A stretch of 64,000 nucleotides of DNA from Deltaproteobacteria bacterium (GCA_016709225.1 JADJEE010000012.1:2371630-2435629), one strand, 5' to 3'. Shown: positions 1 to 8,574, counted from the first letter of the stretch. The notes: generated from the sequence alone by a model not told the origin. Translations and numbers: made by a program.

Positions 1-228
1 CTCACGGCGCGTGCGCGCCAGCTCGGCGCGCACGTGATCGGCCAGCCTGCGCGACGCGACCCGCAACAGCCACGCGCGCGGCTGCTGCGGGACGCCCGTG
101 TCGGGCCACTGACGCGCGGCGGCCAGCAGTGCCTGCTGCAGGGCGTCCTCGGCGGCCGCGAAGTCGCGGTGGCGACGGGCCAGCTTGGCCAGCACCTGCG
201 GCGCCAGCTCGCGCAGCAGCGTCGCCAT
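1..228 (-). CDS. ECF-type RNA polymerase sigma factor, N-terminal part only (gene runs off window start)
   Basis: Minus-strand translation from ATG (complement of 226-228): MATLLRELAPQVLAKLARRHRDFAAAEDALQQALLAAARQWPDTGVPQQPRAWLLRVASRRLADHVRAELARTRRE..., a sigma-70 region-2-like helix pattern. Absent from the ORF track because no stop lies inside the window. Starts 20 bp downstream of the YciI-like gene, the classic YciI-ECF sigma arrangement. Confidence 0.55.
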   Translation of the reverse strand, partial: MATLLRELAPQVLAKLARRHRDFAAAEDALQQALLAAARQWPDTGVPQQPRAWLLRVASRRLADHVRAELARTRRE

Positions 229-248
229 CGACCCCGCTGCGGCCGTAC

Positions 249-647
249 TCACGGCTCGACCGGCGGCGCGCTCATGACCTCGCGGATCTCGATCGGCATG
301 CGCAACGGCTTGCCGTCCTTGCCGGGCGCCGACGAGGCCTGCGCCGCGATCGCGTGGGCGCGCTCGGGCGTCTCGACGTCGACGATCCAGTAGCCGGCGA
401 GGAACTCCTTCGACTCGGCGAACGGCCCGTCGGTGACCTCGGGTGCGCCCTTGGCCCCGGCTCGCACGAGCCGCGCCTGGGCCGGTGGCGCGAGGCCCTC
501 GGCGGCGACCAGTTCGCCGTCGCGCTGCAGCGCCTCGGTCATCTCGGACATGTACCGCACGTGGGCCTGGATGGCCTCCATGGGCCACTTCATGACGTTC
601 CAGTCACCGTCGCCGCGGGGGGCATTCATCATCAGCATGAACTTCAT
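249..647 (-). CDS. YciI-like (DGPF motif) small protein, typical partner of ECF sigma factors
   Basis: 132 aa protein with the DGPF motif and overall YCII-related pattern (…EVTDGPFAESKEFLAGYWIV…). A strong GAGGAG SD sits 8 nt upstream of the ATG. Co-directional with the downstream sigma factor gene. Confidence 0.8.
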   Translation of the reverse strand: MKFMLMMNAPRGDGDWNVMKWPMEAIQAHVRYMSEMTEALQRDGELVAAEGLAPPAQARLVRAGAKGAPEVTDGPFAESKEFLAGYWIVDVETPERAHAIAAQASSAPGKDGKPLRMPIEIREVMSAPPVEP

Positions 648-764
648 GGCTTCGTCTCCTCGGGTGCTCGGCCGCCGGTGATTCGGGCGGCGTTCACGGC
701 CCTGTCGGAGCCACCACCCGCGTTCTCGACATCGCGCCGCGACTTTTTCGGAGGCCCTCGCGGG

Positions 765-2795
765 CTACAGGCACCCACTCATGTCGGGGAACGCGCAGAC
801 CCCATCGGTGCACTCGTTGGTGATCACGCCGGTACGCAGGAAGGTGTCGAGCTGGCGCTGGAACTCCGGCAGCTTGCGCAGCTTGCCGTGGGGATCTTCG
901 CAGGCGCGCTGCGGCAGGTTGCCGACCGGGTCGGGCGGCAGGCCGAACGCGTACTCGACGATGCCCGAGCCCTCGTGCGGCGCGGTCACGGTCTCGAGCC
1001 CGTAGATTTCCCGGACGCCGCTGTCGATGTGCGGCATGCCCATGGTCCGCGCCATCACGTGGGCACCGAGCGTGGTGACCTGGTGATCGCCGACGGCGTC
1101 GTTGATGAAGACCTGGTGCGCGGGCGTACCCGGCAGCATGTCGCGCAGCACGTAGGGCGCATAGCCAGCGGGCTCGGTGCGCTCCCACAGCATGTCGGTG
1201 AGCGCCAGCAGATACGTCTGCTGGCGGGTGTCGGGGTAGCTCGCGCGGATGATCTCGAAGAAGGGATCGAAGTCGGCGCTGCGGCTGAGCAGCAGGTTGT
1301 AGGGCATGCCCGGCACGCCCAGCACACCGCGCTCGACGTCGGTGGTGAGCGCCATGTACGTGGCGCCGAAGATCCCGCCCTGGCTGATGCCGTGGTAGTA
1401 GGCGCGCTCGGGATCGATGAACCCGCCGTAGTCCGGATCGGCGGCGAAGCGCCCCTTCATCATGCGCATCGCCAGCAGCGAGTTGAGCATGCCCTGGTGC
1501 TGGCGGTCGACGACGTCGGCGAAGCGGTGGAACTCGCCGGCAGCGATCAACGCACCGATCTGCAGCTCGTCGTCGGCGGCCATGCCGATGAAGTCGACGC
1601 CGAACATGATGTAGCCGTAGGCGTCCATGAACTCGAGGAAGTGACCGCTCTCGATCTGCTCCTTCTCGCCCAGCAGGCCGTGGCCGTACTGGATGAGCCC
1701 CGCGGGCGCCTGCACGGCCGCGTGCGGGATGAGCACCTCGAAGCCGAAGCTCGCGGTCGGCATCGCGGGGTTGATCACCGGCAGGCCGTCATCGCCGAAG
1801 ACGAGCTTGGCGCCGGGCCCCGGTTGATCGAGGTACATCGGCACCGTCATCTCGCCGAAGATGCGGTAGGCGATGTGGTCGGGCTCGTAGTCGTCCTCGA
1901 CGCTGGTGATGGTGTACTCGGGGCCATCGTCTCCCACCATCGCGAGCGACTCGTCGCGCATGCGCAGCATCCAGCCGGTCTGGTTGTCGCGCGACGCCGT
2001 GGTGAAGTCCCACGCCAGCTGCAGGCCGTCGCGGGCCACGCCCGCGTCCGCTAGGCGGGCGAAGATGTCGGCGTAGAGCGGTCGGCGGGCCTCGATCGAG
2101 GCCTCGTCGGAGGCGGTACCGTCGCGCAGGGCGGCGAAGCCTGCGGTCGGCGCGAGCTCGTCACCCACGCCGTTGCGCAGGTGCGAGTAGCCGACGATGT
2201 AGCGGTGATCGTCGCGCAGGCGGATCGCCGGATGCATGATGAGCAGCTTCTGCTCGGGATCGTCGGTGGTCGCGTCGAGCTCGACGAAGTGGGGGACACG
2301 CTCGCCGGTCTCGGCGTCGAGCAGGATGCTGGGGCAGTCGGCCGCCATCGAGCGCGCGATGTCCTTCGAGCTGGGGAAGCCGACCAGGCCGTAGGGCACC
2401 AGCTCCGGGAAGTGGGCCAGCATCGCGATGCCGGGCGTGAAGCCATCGGCGCGATTCCACGGATCGGCCTGGGGCCGACCGCCGTAGTAGTCCATCGGCA
2501 TCGCGTCGACCTCGAGCTGCACGCGGCGACCGGTCTGGGTCGCGTCGTCGGCCACGGTGTACACGTTGCTCGGGAACGGCAGCGGGCAGAAGCTCGGCAC
2601 CAGCGGATCGCACGCGACGTGCGGCCACTCGACCACCGGCGCGATCGGATCGCCGGTGGTGGTCGAGTCGGCGGCGCCGGTGCTGGTCTCTGCGGCGCTG
2701 GTGCTGCCACCGGCGTCGCCACATGCGGCGAGGGTGAGCGTGACGAGCAGCGGAGCGAACGAGCGACAGGACGGCATGGGCTTCCTCGCGGTCAA
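765..2795 (-). CDS. Secreted alpha/beta-hydrolase lipoprotein (serine hydrolase, GxSxG = GISQGG)
   Basis: 676 aa. N-terminal lipoprotein signal …LLVTLTLAAC followed by a Ser/Thr/Gly-rich linker. Nucleophile elbow YYHGISQGGIFGATYM. Consistent GC3-rich codon usage. Confidence 0.8.
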   Translation of the reverse strand: MTARKPMPSCRSFAPLLVTLTLAACGDAGGSTSAAETSTGAADSTTTGDPIAPVVEWPHVACDPLVPSFCPLPFPSNVYTVADDATQTGRRVQLEVDAMPMDYYGGRPQADPWNRADGFTPGIAMLAHFPELVPYGLVGFPSSKDIARSMAADCPSILLDAETGERVPHFVELDATTDDPEQKLLIMHPAIRLRDDHRYIVGYSHLRNGVGDELAPTAGFAALRDGTASDEASIEARRPLYADIFARLADAGVARDGLQLAWDFTTASRDNQTGWMLRMRDESLAMVGDDGPEYTITSVEDDYEPDHIAYRIFGEMTVPMYLDQPGPGAKLVFGDDGLPVINPAMPTASFGFEVLIPHAAVQAPAGLIQYGHGLLGEKEQIESGHFLEFMDAYGYIMFGVDFIGMAADDELQIGALIAAGEFHRFADVVDRQHQGMLNSLLAMRMMKGRFAADPDYGGFIDPERAYYHGISQGGIFGATYMALTTDVERGVLGVPGMPYNLLLSRSADFDPFFEIIRASYPDTRQQTYLLALTDMLWERTEPAGYAPYVLRDMLPGTPAHQVFINDAVGDHQVTTLGAHVMARTMGMPHIDSGVREIYGLETVTAPHEGSGIVEYAFGLPPDPVGNLPQRACEDPHGKLRKLPEFQRQLDTFLRTGVITNECTDGVCAFPDMSGCL

Positions 2796-2891
2796 GGGGA
2801 CCGCGCGAGGATAGCGAGCCGACGCGCGCTGCAGGGTACGCGCGCGCGTGCGTCTGGTCTCGCGCGTGCGGAGCAGGGTGTTCCATCGCGA

Positions 2892-3611
2892 TCAGTCACG
2901 TCGGGCCACGCGCGCGGCCCGACGCGCCCGCACGCGCTCGACGAACTCGCGCCACAGCGTCTTGGTGGGCACGTACTCGAGCCGATCACTGCGACGGTAC
3001 TGCGGCTCGATCGCGGCCACGTGGGTCTGGACGAGCACCATGCCGCGCGAGACGGTGGAGCCCGCCACGAGGCGCGGGTCCTGTTCGTCCGCATCGGCCT
3101 CGTCGGCGGCCTGGCCGGGCGGGTCACACGGTGCGTCGGCAGTCGCGTCTGCATCGCTCGCGTTGCCGGGCTCGATCGTGTCTTCATCGGCGATCCGCAG
3201 CGCCTCGGCGTCGGCGGGCGCCACCGGGGTCGTCGCTGCGTCGACCGCCGGCGCGTAGGCGAGATCGAACGGCCGCGTCGACTCGGCCTCGGGCCACGTG
3301 CTGGGCGACACCTCGCCGTGCCCCGTGCACGCGGCGAGCCCTGCCAGCGCCGCCGCGAGCAGCGGCCGTGGGCTCGCAGGCTCGGGTCGCAGCGCGATGA
3401 TGCCGTCGGCACGGGTGCGGTACTCGACGCAGATCCGCTCGCCGTCGTGCTGAGCCAGCAGCGCGCGGACCTCGGGCTCGGTCATCTCGCCCAGGCGCAG
3501 GACCGGCTTGCTGCACTGCTCACACCACGCGCGTCCGCGACCGCGCGCCGCCAGCTCGACCCCACTCGGACACGGCCCGATCACCGGCAGACGATCGCGA
3601 TGCAGCGGCAT
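2892..3611 (-). CDS. Hypothetical protein with N-terminal CxxC…CxxC zinc-ribbon-like motif, an internal hydrophobic/lipobox-like segment, and an acidic region
   Basis: Distal 239 codons of track ORF 2892..4484. Starts at M292 (MPLHRDRLPVIGPCPSGV…WCEQCSKPVL…). The upstream 291 codons overlap the TetR gene in another frame and read as low-complexity R/G/A junk. The C-terminus is a conserved-looking basic helix. Confidence 0.45.
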   Translation of the reverse strand: MPLHRDRLPVIGPCPSGVELAARGRGRAWCEQCSKPVLRLGEMTEPEVRALLAQHDGERICVEYRTRADGIIALRPEPASPRPLLAAALAGLAACTGHGEVSPSTWPEAESTRPFDLAYAPAVDAATTPVAPADAEALRIADEDTIEPGNASDADATADAPCDPPGQAADEADADEQDPRLVAGSTVSRGMVLVQTHVAAIEPQYRRSDRLEYVPTKTLWREFVERVRARRAARVARRD

Positions 3612-3718
3612 GGTGGCGGATCGAACGACACTGCACCGCGGCCCTGACACGACAACCGTCCCTGCCCGCCCTTGCACCAAGCCGTGAGGCTCGAATCGAC
3701 GACGACGGGGGCGGCGGA

Positions 3719-4306
3719 TCACGCCACCGACGGTGCGCTCGCGGTGCCCGAGCCGAGGCCACGCCCGGGGTGCACGGCGATCGCATCCCAGCACGCACGC
3801 TCGGCCTGCGCGACCACCTCGTCGTCGAGCACGAGTCGGCCCTCGGTGTGCGCGCGCATCATGCCCACGAAGGCGCCGAACACGAGCTCCATCAGCAACG
3901 TTGCGTCGAGCGGCTTCACGAGGCCCTGCGACTGCGCGAGCCCGAGCATGCTGCGCGCGAAGTCCTTCAGGTTGCGATCGAGCGCCACGCTCTCGTCGTC
4001 GAGATACGAGGCGTGGTTGTGGGTCTCGATGAACATGAACGCGTCGGGGTCGTCGCGCGCGAACGCGATGATCTCGAGCCACATCACGCGGAATTGTTCG
4101 CGCGCGCCGACGCCCTGCGGGAAGGCCTTGAACACGCGCTGCATCACCACCGACTTCCACTTGCGGTAGAGCTCGTTGACCAGCGCCTCCTTGCTCGGGA
4201 AGTAGTGATAGATCGTGCCGGCCGCGACCTCGGCACGCTCGGCGATGTGCGGCATGGCGGTGCCATGGAAGCCGCGCTCCACGAAGCACGCGAGCGCGGC
4301 GGCCAT
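3719..4306 (-). CDS. TetR-family transcriptional regulator
   Basis: N-terminal HTH (AALACFVERGFHGTAMPHIAERAEVAAGTIYHYFPSKEAL) plus a C-terminal ligand-binding domain. Track ORF 3719..4432 begins 42 codons earlier, but that stretch uses AT-rich codons (att, aaa, ttg, tca, ggt) atypical for this genome, so I start at ATG 4306. Divergent from the lipase-like gene. Confidence 0.8.
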   Translation of the reverse strand: MAAALACFVERGFHGTAMPHIAERAEVAAGTIYHYFPSKEALVNELYRKWKSVVMQRVFKAFPQGVGAREQFRVMWLEIIAFARDDPDAFMFIETHNHASYLDDESVALDRNLKDFARSMLGLAQSQGLVKPLDATLLMELVFGAFVGMMRAHTEGRLVLDDEVVAQAERACWDAIAVHPGRGLGSGTASAPSVA

Positions 4307-4375
4307 GATCGACTCGCGTCGGTCCGGCCGGGCTGGCGGTCGGCCCCGTCTTGGCTTGCCCTCCAAAATACCGAA

Positions 4376-4482
4376 TGAATGTTCGAACAATTCCGGGCGC
4401 TTTGCCAGCTCCCCGTGAATTTCCCTTGCCACGTGGGCTTCCCGGTGCTTCCCTACGCCTCAGATTTTTCGAACGAACATTC
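4376..4482. promoter_or_regulatory. Putative TetR operator pair in the divergent TetR/lipase intergenic region
   Basis: Perfect 10-bp palindrome TGTTCGAACA at 4380-4389. The 9-mer GAATGTTCG at 4376-4384 recurs in inverted orientation at 4474-4482 (…TTCGAACGAACATTC…). The region 4330-4500 is conspicuously AT-richer than the flanking coding DNA. A GGAG SD lies 8 nt before the lipase ATG at 4504. Confidence 0.35.
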
Positions 4483-4503
4483 AATCAAGAACTCTGGAGC
4501 ACC

Positions 4504-5547
4504 ATGACGACGCGATCCCTCCCCGCCCTGATGGGCCTGGCCCTGACCCTCACCTCCGTCACCGCCTGCGACCTCGATCTGCCGCCCGGCGACATCACGC
4601 AGCCGCAGTACTGGGGTGACCTCTTCCTCGCCAAGTACGCCGACGAGCTGGTGCTGAACGAGCTCGAGCCCGGTCCCACTCCGCTCGAGCAGCCGCGCGT
4701 GGTGCTGCTCATCACCGGCGTCACGATCCCCGCGGCGTGGTTCGAGCCGATGATCGCACGGCTCGAGCGCGACGGCTTCGTGCCCGTGGTCTACGAGCCG
4801 CCCGAGCTGCTGAGCGGTGACCTCTTCGAGAACTCCGAGCGGCTCGCCGATGTCATCGACCAGGTCCGCGCCGAGCACGGCGTCGACACCATCGACATCC
4901 TCGCCGAGTGCACCGGTGGTCTCATCGCGCGTCACTACGTGCAATCGCTCGGCGGCGCGCCCAAGGTCTCGCGACTCGTCACCTTCATCTCACCGCAGCA
5001 CGGCCTGCCCAAGGCTCCGTGGGCGCAGGACATCGTCGGCTGGCCCGCGCTCGACGACCTCACCCCCGGCAGCGAGTTCCTCTCGGCCGTCAACGACGCG
5101 CCGCTACCCGAGGGCCTGCCGATCACGTCGATCTACACCTGCACCGACGAGTACATCCAACCCTACGAAACCTCGATCATCCCCGGCGCCCGCAACATCG
5201 GCCTGTGCGACGGCTTCGTCGGCCACTTCCAGTTCTTCTACGACCCCGCGATCTACCTCGTCATGCACGGCGCGCTCGTCGAGCCCCTCCCCGGCGACCC
5301 CGCACCGGGCAGTGACGACGACGGTGGTGAGGCCGACGACGGTGAGGCCGACGACGGTGAGGCCGACGGTGGTGAGGCCGACGACGGTGGTGAGGCCGAT
5401 CCCGACGACGACGGTGATGATCCGGACGCGGACGCCCCCGGCGAGACGGCGCAGGGATGCAGCGTCGCCCCGCGCACGGCTGCTACGCCGACATGGCTCG
5501 CGGGCCTCGCGATCGGACTGCGTCGCCGACGTCGCATCCGCGTTTGA
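4504..5547 (+). CDS. Secreted lipase/esterase-like alpha/beta-hydrolase lipoprotein with acidic repeat linker and MYXO-CTERM anchor
   Basis: Lipobox LTLTSVTAC. Lipase-like fold pattern, with a nucleophile elbow that reads A-E-C-T-G (Cys in the Ser position). C-terminal (DDGGEAD)n repeat, then GCSVAPRTAATPTWLAGLAIGLRRRRR, a MYXO-CTERM signature. Confidence 0.85.
   Translation: MTTRSLPALMGLALTLTSVTACDLDLPPGDITQPQYWGDLFLAKYADELVLNELEPGPTPLEQPRVVLLITGVTIPAAWFEPMIARLERDGFVPVVYEPPELLSGDLFENSERLADVIDQVRAEHGVDTIDILAECTGGLIARHYVQSLGGAPKVSRLVTFISPQHGLPKAPWAQDIVGWPALDDLTPGSEFLSAVNDAPLPEGLPITSIYTCTDEYIQPYETSIIPGARNIGLCDGFVGHFQFFYDPAIYLVMHGALVEPLPGDPAPGSDDDGGEADDGEADDGEADGGEADDGGEADPDDDGDDPDADAPGETAQGCSVAPRTAATPTWLAGLAIGLRRRRRIRV
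5325..5402 (+). repeat. Tandem 15/18-bp repeat (gacgacggt(ggt)gaggcc) x5, encoding (DDG(G)EA)n
   Basis: Seen directly in the nucleotide sequence 5325-5402. In frame inside the lipase-like gene. Confidence 0.8.
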
Positions 5548-5636
5548 CGGCACCGCCCGCTCCTTGCGAACGCCGTCCCGGGTCGTCGGACGCACTTGGG
5601 TTGCCGCCCATCCGCGTCCGTGGCACCACGAGATCG

Positions 5637-6023
5637 ATGGACCTGTCCCCGCAGAACCTCGGGCGTGCTGGCGGCATCGTGGTGATCCTCCTCGGCGTGG
5701 CCGGAGTCGTGGGGGCCGGCTACATGGCGCAGGAGGAATGGGCGGCGTGGCTCTTCATCGGCACCGCGGCGTTCGGACTCGCCTTCGTGTTCGCAGGCGT
5801 GAGCGCGATCCGATCGGCCGCGCCACGCGTGGTCGAGGTGATGCCCAAGGACGAGCTGAAGCAGCTCATCGACGCCCGTCCGGTGCCGTTCTCGATCTGC
5901 GTGCGCTGTCGCGCGATCATGGATGGGGCCGCGCTCGGCTGCAGCGCCTGTGGGTCGGTCGTCGACTGCGTTCAGATCGCCACCGAGGCCGAACGCACCA
6001 TGGGTCGCGCGGCGCTCGGATAG
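5637..6023 (+). CDS. Small membrane protein with two TM helices and C-terminal CxxC…CxxC zinc-ribbon
   Basis: MDLSPQNLGRAGGIVVILLGVAGVVGAGYMAQEEWAAWLFIGTAAFGLAFVFAGV… then ICVRCRAIMDGAALGCSACGS. The upstream part of track ORF 5457..6023 overlaps the lipase 3' end out of frame. Confidence 0.55.
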   Translation: MDLSPQNLGRAGGIVVILLGVAGVVGAGYMAQEEWAAWLFIGTAAFGLAFVFAGVSAIRSAAPRVVEVMPKDELKQLIDARPVPFSICVRCRAIMDGAALGCSACGSVVDCVQIATEAERTMGRAALG

Positions 6024-6056
6024 GCGCGGCCGGTCTCCTGGCGTCGCCCAGCGCCA

Positions 6057-7757
6057 TCAATCGAAGCGGCTGCCGATGCGCAGGGTCCAGGACCCCAGCA
6101 CGCCGGTGTTGCCGGCGACCGCATCGACCACGCGCAGGGTCCACTCGCCGTTGACCGACTCGTCGCCCGAGAAGCCCACCGGCGCGGCGTGGAAGCGGAA
6201 CAGATCGGCCTGGTCCTGTGCCACGAGCACCTCGTTGCCCGCGGGATTGGTGAGGGTGACGCGGAGGTCCTGCGGGTTGGCGTGGTCGATCTGCAGGTCG
6301 ATCTCGACGTCCATGTCGACGGTCGCGAGGCCGTAGACGAGCAGCGAGCGCGACAGCCCCTGCGCGTCGCCGTCGGGGATCGCGACGTCGAGTGAGGTCT
6401 CGAAGCTGCCGTCGGCGAAGTTGCCGACCATCCACGCCGGCAGGCACAGGCCCTCGTCGCCGCGGGTGAGTCCGGCGCACATCAGACCCTGACCGAGGTC
6501 GCACGGGGCCGATGCACTGCACTCGGTCTGCTCACCGAAGCCCGCGAGCAGGGTGCAGCGGCCCACGTTCGAGGCCTCGGAGCTGCCGACGCAGGTGCCC
6601 TCGGCACAGTCCGCGTTCGAGCTGCAATCCTGGCCCTGCGAGCCGACGCCGGCGCTGCAGCGCTCGATCTCGCCGTCGCTGATCACGGCGACGCGCTCGG
6701 CAGCGTCGAGCGGGAAGTAGGCGCCGACCGAGGTGTCGCCGGCGCCGAACTCGTAGACCACGTACGCGCGCGCGCTGGTGCGGTCCCACAGCTCGGTGCG
6801 GTTGATCTCGCCCTCGTCGGCGCGGGAGAACGCGTCGTCGACATCGGTCACGTCGGTGTGGGCCGAGCTGCGTACTGCCTCGACGACCTGCGCGCGCTGC
6901 AGCTCGCTCAGGCCAGCGGGCGATTGCAGCCGCACGCGCGGGCCGCTGACGACGTCGTGGGAGCTGCGCAGGTCGTGATACTGGTCCCCGAACACGCACT
7001 GCACGGCGAACGGCGACAGCTCGTCGAAGCATGCTGGGCCCATCTCCTGCGCGAAGGCCTCGAAGCCCGCCGCACAGAAGGCCGCCGGCATCGGCGCCTC
7101 GCACAGGCGATCGAACACCGGCCCGAGCGCCTCGCCATCGGTGCAGATCGCGAGCGCCTCGGCGGGGGTGAGATCGGGGCTCTCGGGATCGGCGGCCGAG
7201 TCGGCGACCTGCGCGTTCATGCAGGCGAGGATGTTGTTGGCGACGGTCTCGTCACAGCCGGCGGGCGCCGGGGGCAGCGGCGCGCAGTCACCGTTCTCGC
7301 AGGTCGACGACAGGCGATAGGCCCCGCGACCCCGCGCGTCGTGGGTGCCGACCACCACGAGGTACTCGCCGGCAGCGAGCGTGAGGCCGGTGATGCGGGA
7401 CTGTCGACCCCAGCCCGCGTCGTCGTCGAAGGCGATCGCGGTGTCGCCGAAGGCCTCGCCCTGGCGGGGGCCGAACACGAACAGCGTGGTGTCGAGCGCC
7501 TTCGCGGTGCCCTGTCGCGTGATCTCGATGCGCACGCGTGCGCCCTCGCGGACCGAGAGGTGATAGCCGTGGAACTCGAGGTCCTCGGTGAAGCGACCGG
7601 TGCGGGCGGCCTCGAGCTCGAGCGTGCCGAGGTCCTCGACGTGATCGATGGCGTCGCCTTTGCCATCGCCCAGCTCGGGGATCACGGCGTCGCTGCGATC
7701 GTCGGCGCTGCAGGCAAACAGGGAAACGGCGGCGAGTGCGGTGATGGAGGCGCGCAT
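6057..7757 (-). CDS. Secreted lipoprotein with N-terminal pre-peptidase C-terminal (PPC)-like domain, Cys-rich central region and C-terminal proprotein-convertase P-domain; no recognisable subtilase catalytic motifs
   Basis: Starts at M93 of track ORF 6057..8033 (MRASITALAAVSLFACSADD, lipobox). PPC-like GYHLSVREGARVRIEITRQG…LFVFGP. C-terminal P-domain pattern …DVAIPDGDAQGLSRSLLV…VDMDVEIDLQIDHANPQDLRVTLTNPAGNEVLV…WTLRVVD. No D-T-G, H-G-T or G-T-S-M-A blocks seen. Confidence 0.8.
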   Translation of the reverse strand: MRASITALAAVSLFACSADDRSDAVIPELGDGKGDAIDHVEDLGTLELEAARTGRFTEDLEFHGYHLSVREGARVRIEITRQGTAKALDTTLFVFGPRQGEAFGDTAIAFDDDAGWGRQSRITGLTLAAGEYLVVVGTHDARGRGAYRLSSTCENGDCAPLPPAPAGCDETVANNILACMNAQVADSAADPESPDLTPAEALAICTDGEALGPVFDRLCEAPMPAAFCAAGFEAFAQEMGPACFDELSPFAVQCVFGDQYHDLRSSHDVVSGPRVRLQSPAGLSELQRAQVVEAVRSSAHTDVTDVDDAFSRADEGEINRTELWDRTSARAYVVYEFGAGDTSVGAYFPLDAAERVAVISDGEIERCSAGVGSQGQDCSSNADCAEGTCVGSSEASNVGRCTLLAGFGEQTECSASAPCDLGQGLMCAGLTRGDEGLCLPAWMVGNFADGSFETSLDVAIPDGDAQGLSRSLLVYGLATVDMDVEIDLQIDHANPQDLRVTLTNPAGNEVLVAQDQADLFRFHAAPVGFSGDESVNGEWTLRVVDAVAGNTGVLGSWTLRIGSRFD

Positions 7758-8008
7758 GTCGAGCTCGACCGGCCGCTGTGCAACCTCGGCGCCGCGGTCT
7801 GTCACGGACCCGCACGCGGGATCTCGGGGGCTTTCGCTGGACGCGTGACTCCGACGTGACCCACGCGGGCCGGCCCGGCCGGCCGTGGCCACGAGAGTCG
7901 CCACCCCACCCGAGCGGCCGCCAGGGGCCCGCCCGAGGCCGTCGCGCACATGGGCGGCGCTGCCACGGATCGATTTGGCCGCGGGTTGCACGTGCAGGTC
8001 GAGACCCC

Positions 8009-8557
8009 ATGACACGCGCCACGCATGTTCCATCGTTGCTGATCCTCACCGCGCTCGCGGGCGCATGCGCCTTCGAGTCCACCGCAACCGCGCATCGCGT
8101 GCCGGTGCCGGTGTTGGTCGGGCCAGTCGAGCAGATCGGCGGCGCACCGCGTCCGAGCAGCGCCGACGACGGCCCGCAATTCGACATCAAGGTCGATCGC
8201 ACGGTGACCGCCTCGAGCAGCTCGCAGACCAGCGGCAACGTCACCGTCACCACCACCACCGCGACCGCCTCCACCGCCGGTGCCGGCCTGGTCGACGCCC
8301 GCGTGCGACTGGCCGCCAACGGCGCCAAGAACCGCCTGGTCCGCGTCGACCAGCTGCGCGTGAACTCGTACAGCGGGTTCTTCTACTCGGCGGCGTGGAT
8401 CAGCAGCCGCGTGCGCATCAAGGGCCACGTCGGCCGCGATGTCGTGCTGCCGGATGCGCCCGCGCTCGCGCCGGGAATCGAATCGCCGCCGGGTGACACC
8501 ACGAACTCGAACGCGGCTGCAACGACGACACCCGCTGCGAACTCCAACCTGCGCTGA
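8009..8557 (+). CDS. Small lipoprotein (first of three consecutive small lipoprotein genes)
   Basis: Starts at M78 of track ORF 7778..8557: MTRATHVPSLLILTALAGACAFEST (lipobox). 182 aa, T/S-rich. The C-terminal SAAWISSRVRIKGHVG block resembles a block in the next gene. Confidence 0.65.
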   Translation: MTRATHVPSLLILTALAGACAFESTATAHRVPVPVLVGPVEQIGGAPRPSSADDGPQFDIKVDRTVTASSSSQTSGNVTVTTTTATASTAGAGLVDARVRLAANGAKNRLVRVDQLRVNSYSGFFYSAAWISSRVRIKGHVGRDVVLPDAPALAPGIESPPGDTTNSNAAATTTPAANSNLR

Positions 8558-8574
8558 CACCAAGGCCCCGGACC

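Noticed and set aside
129-2054. 641-aa plus-strand ORF covering the YciI and hydrolase region; similar long ORFs at 2181..3647 (+), 12166..14655 (-), 15011..17242 (+), 28758..30776 (-), 34604..36256 (-), 52700..53704 (-)
   Set aside because: All are antisense or alternative-frame to genes with clear domain signatures. Their translations are low-complexity Arg/Gly/Ala/Pro strings with no motifs, which is the expected artefact of ~70% GC (stop-poor off-frames).
4307-4432. N-terminal 42-codon extension of the TetR ORF (track start 4432)
   Set aside because: Codons in this stretch are AT-rich (att, aaa, ttg, tca, ggt), unlike the genome's GC3-rich usage. The stretch contains the palindromic operator candidates and is better explained as the divergent promoter region.
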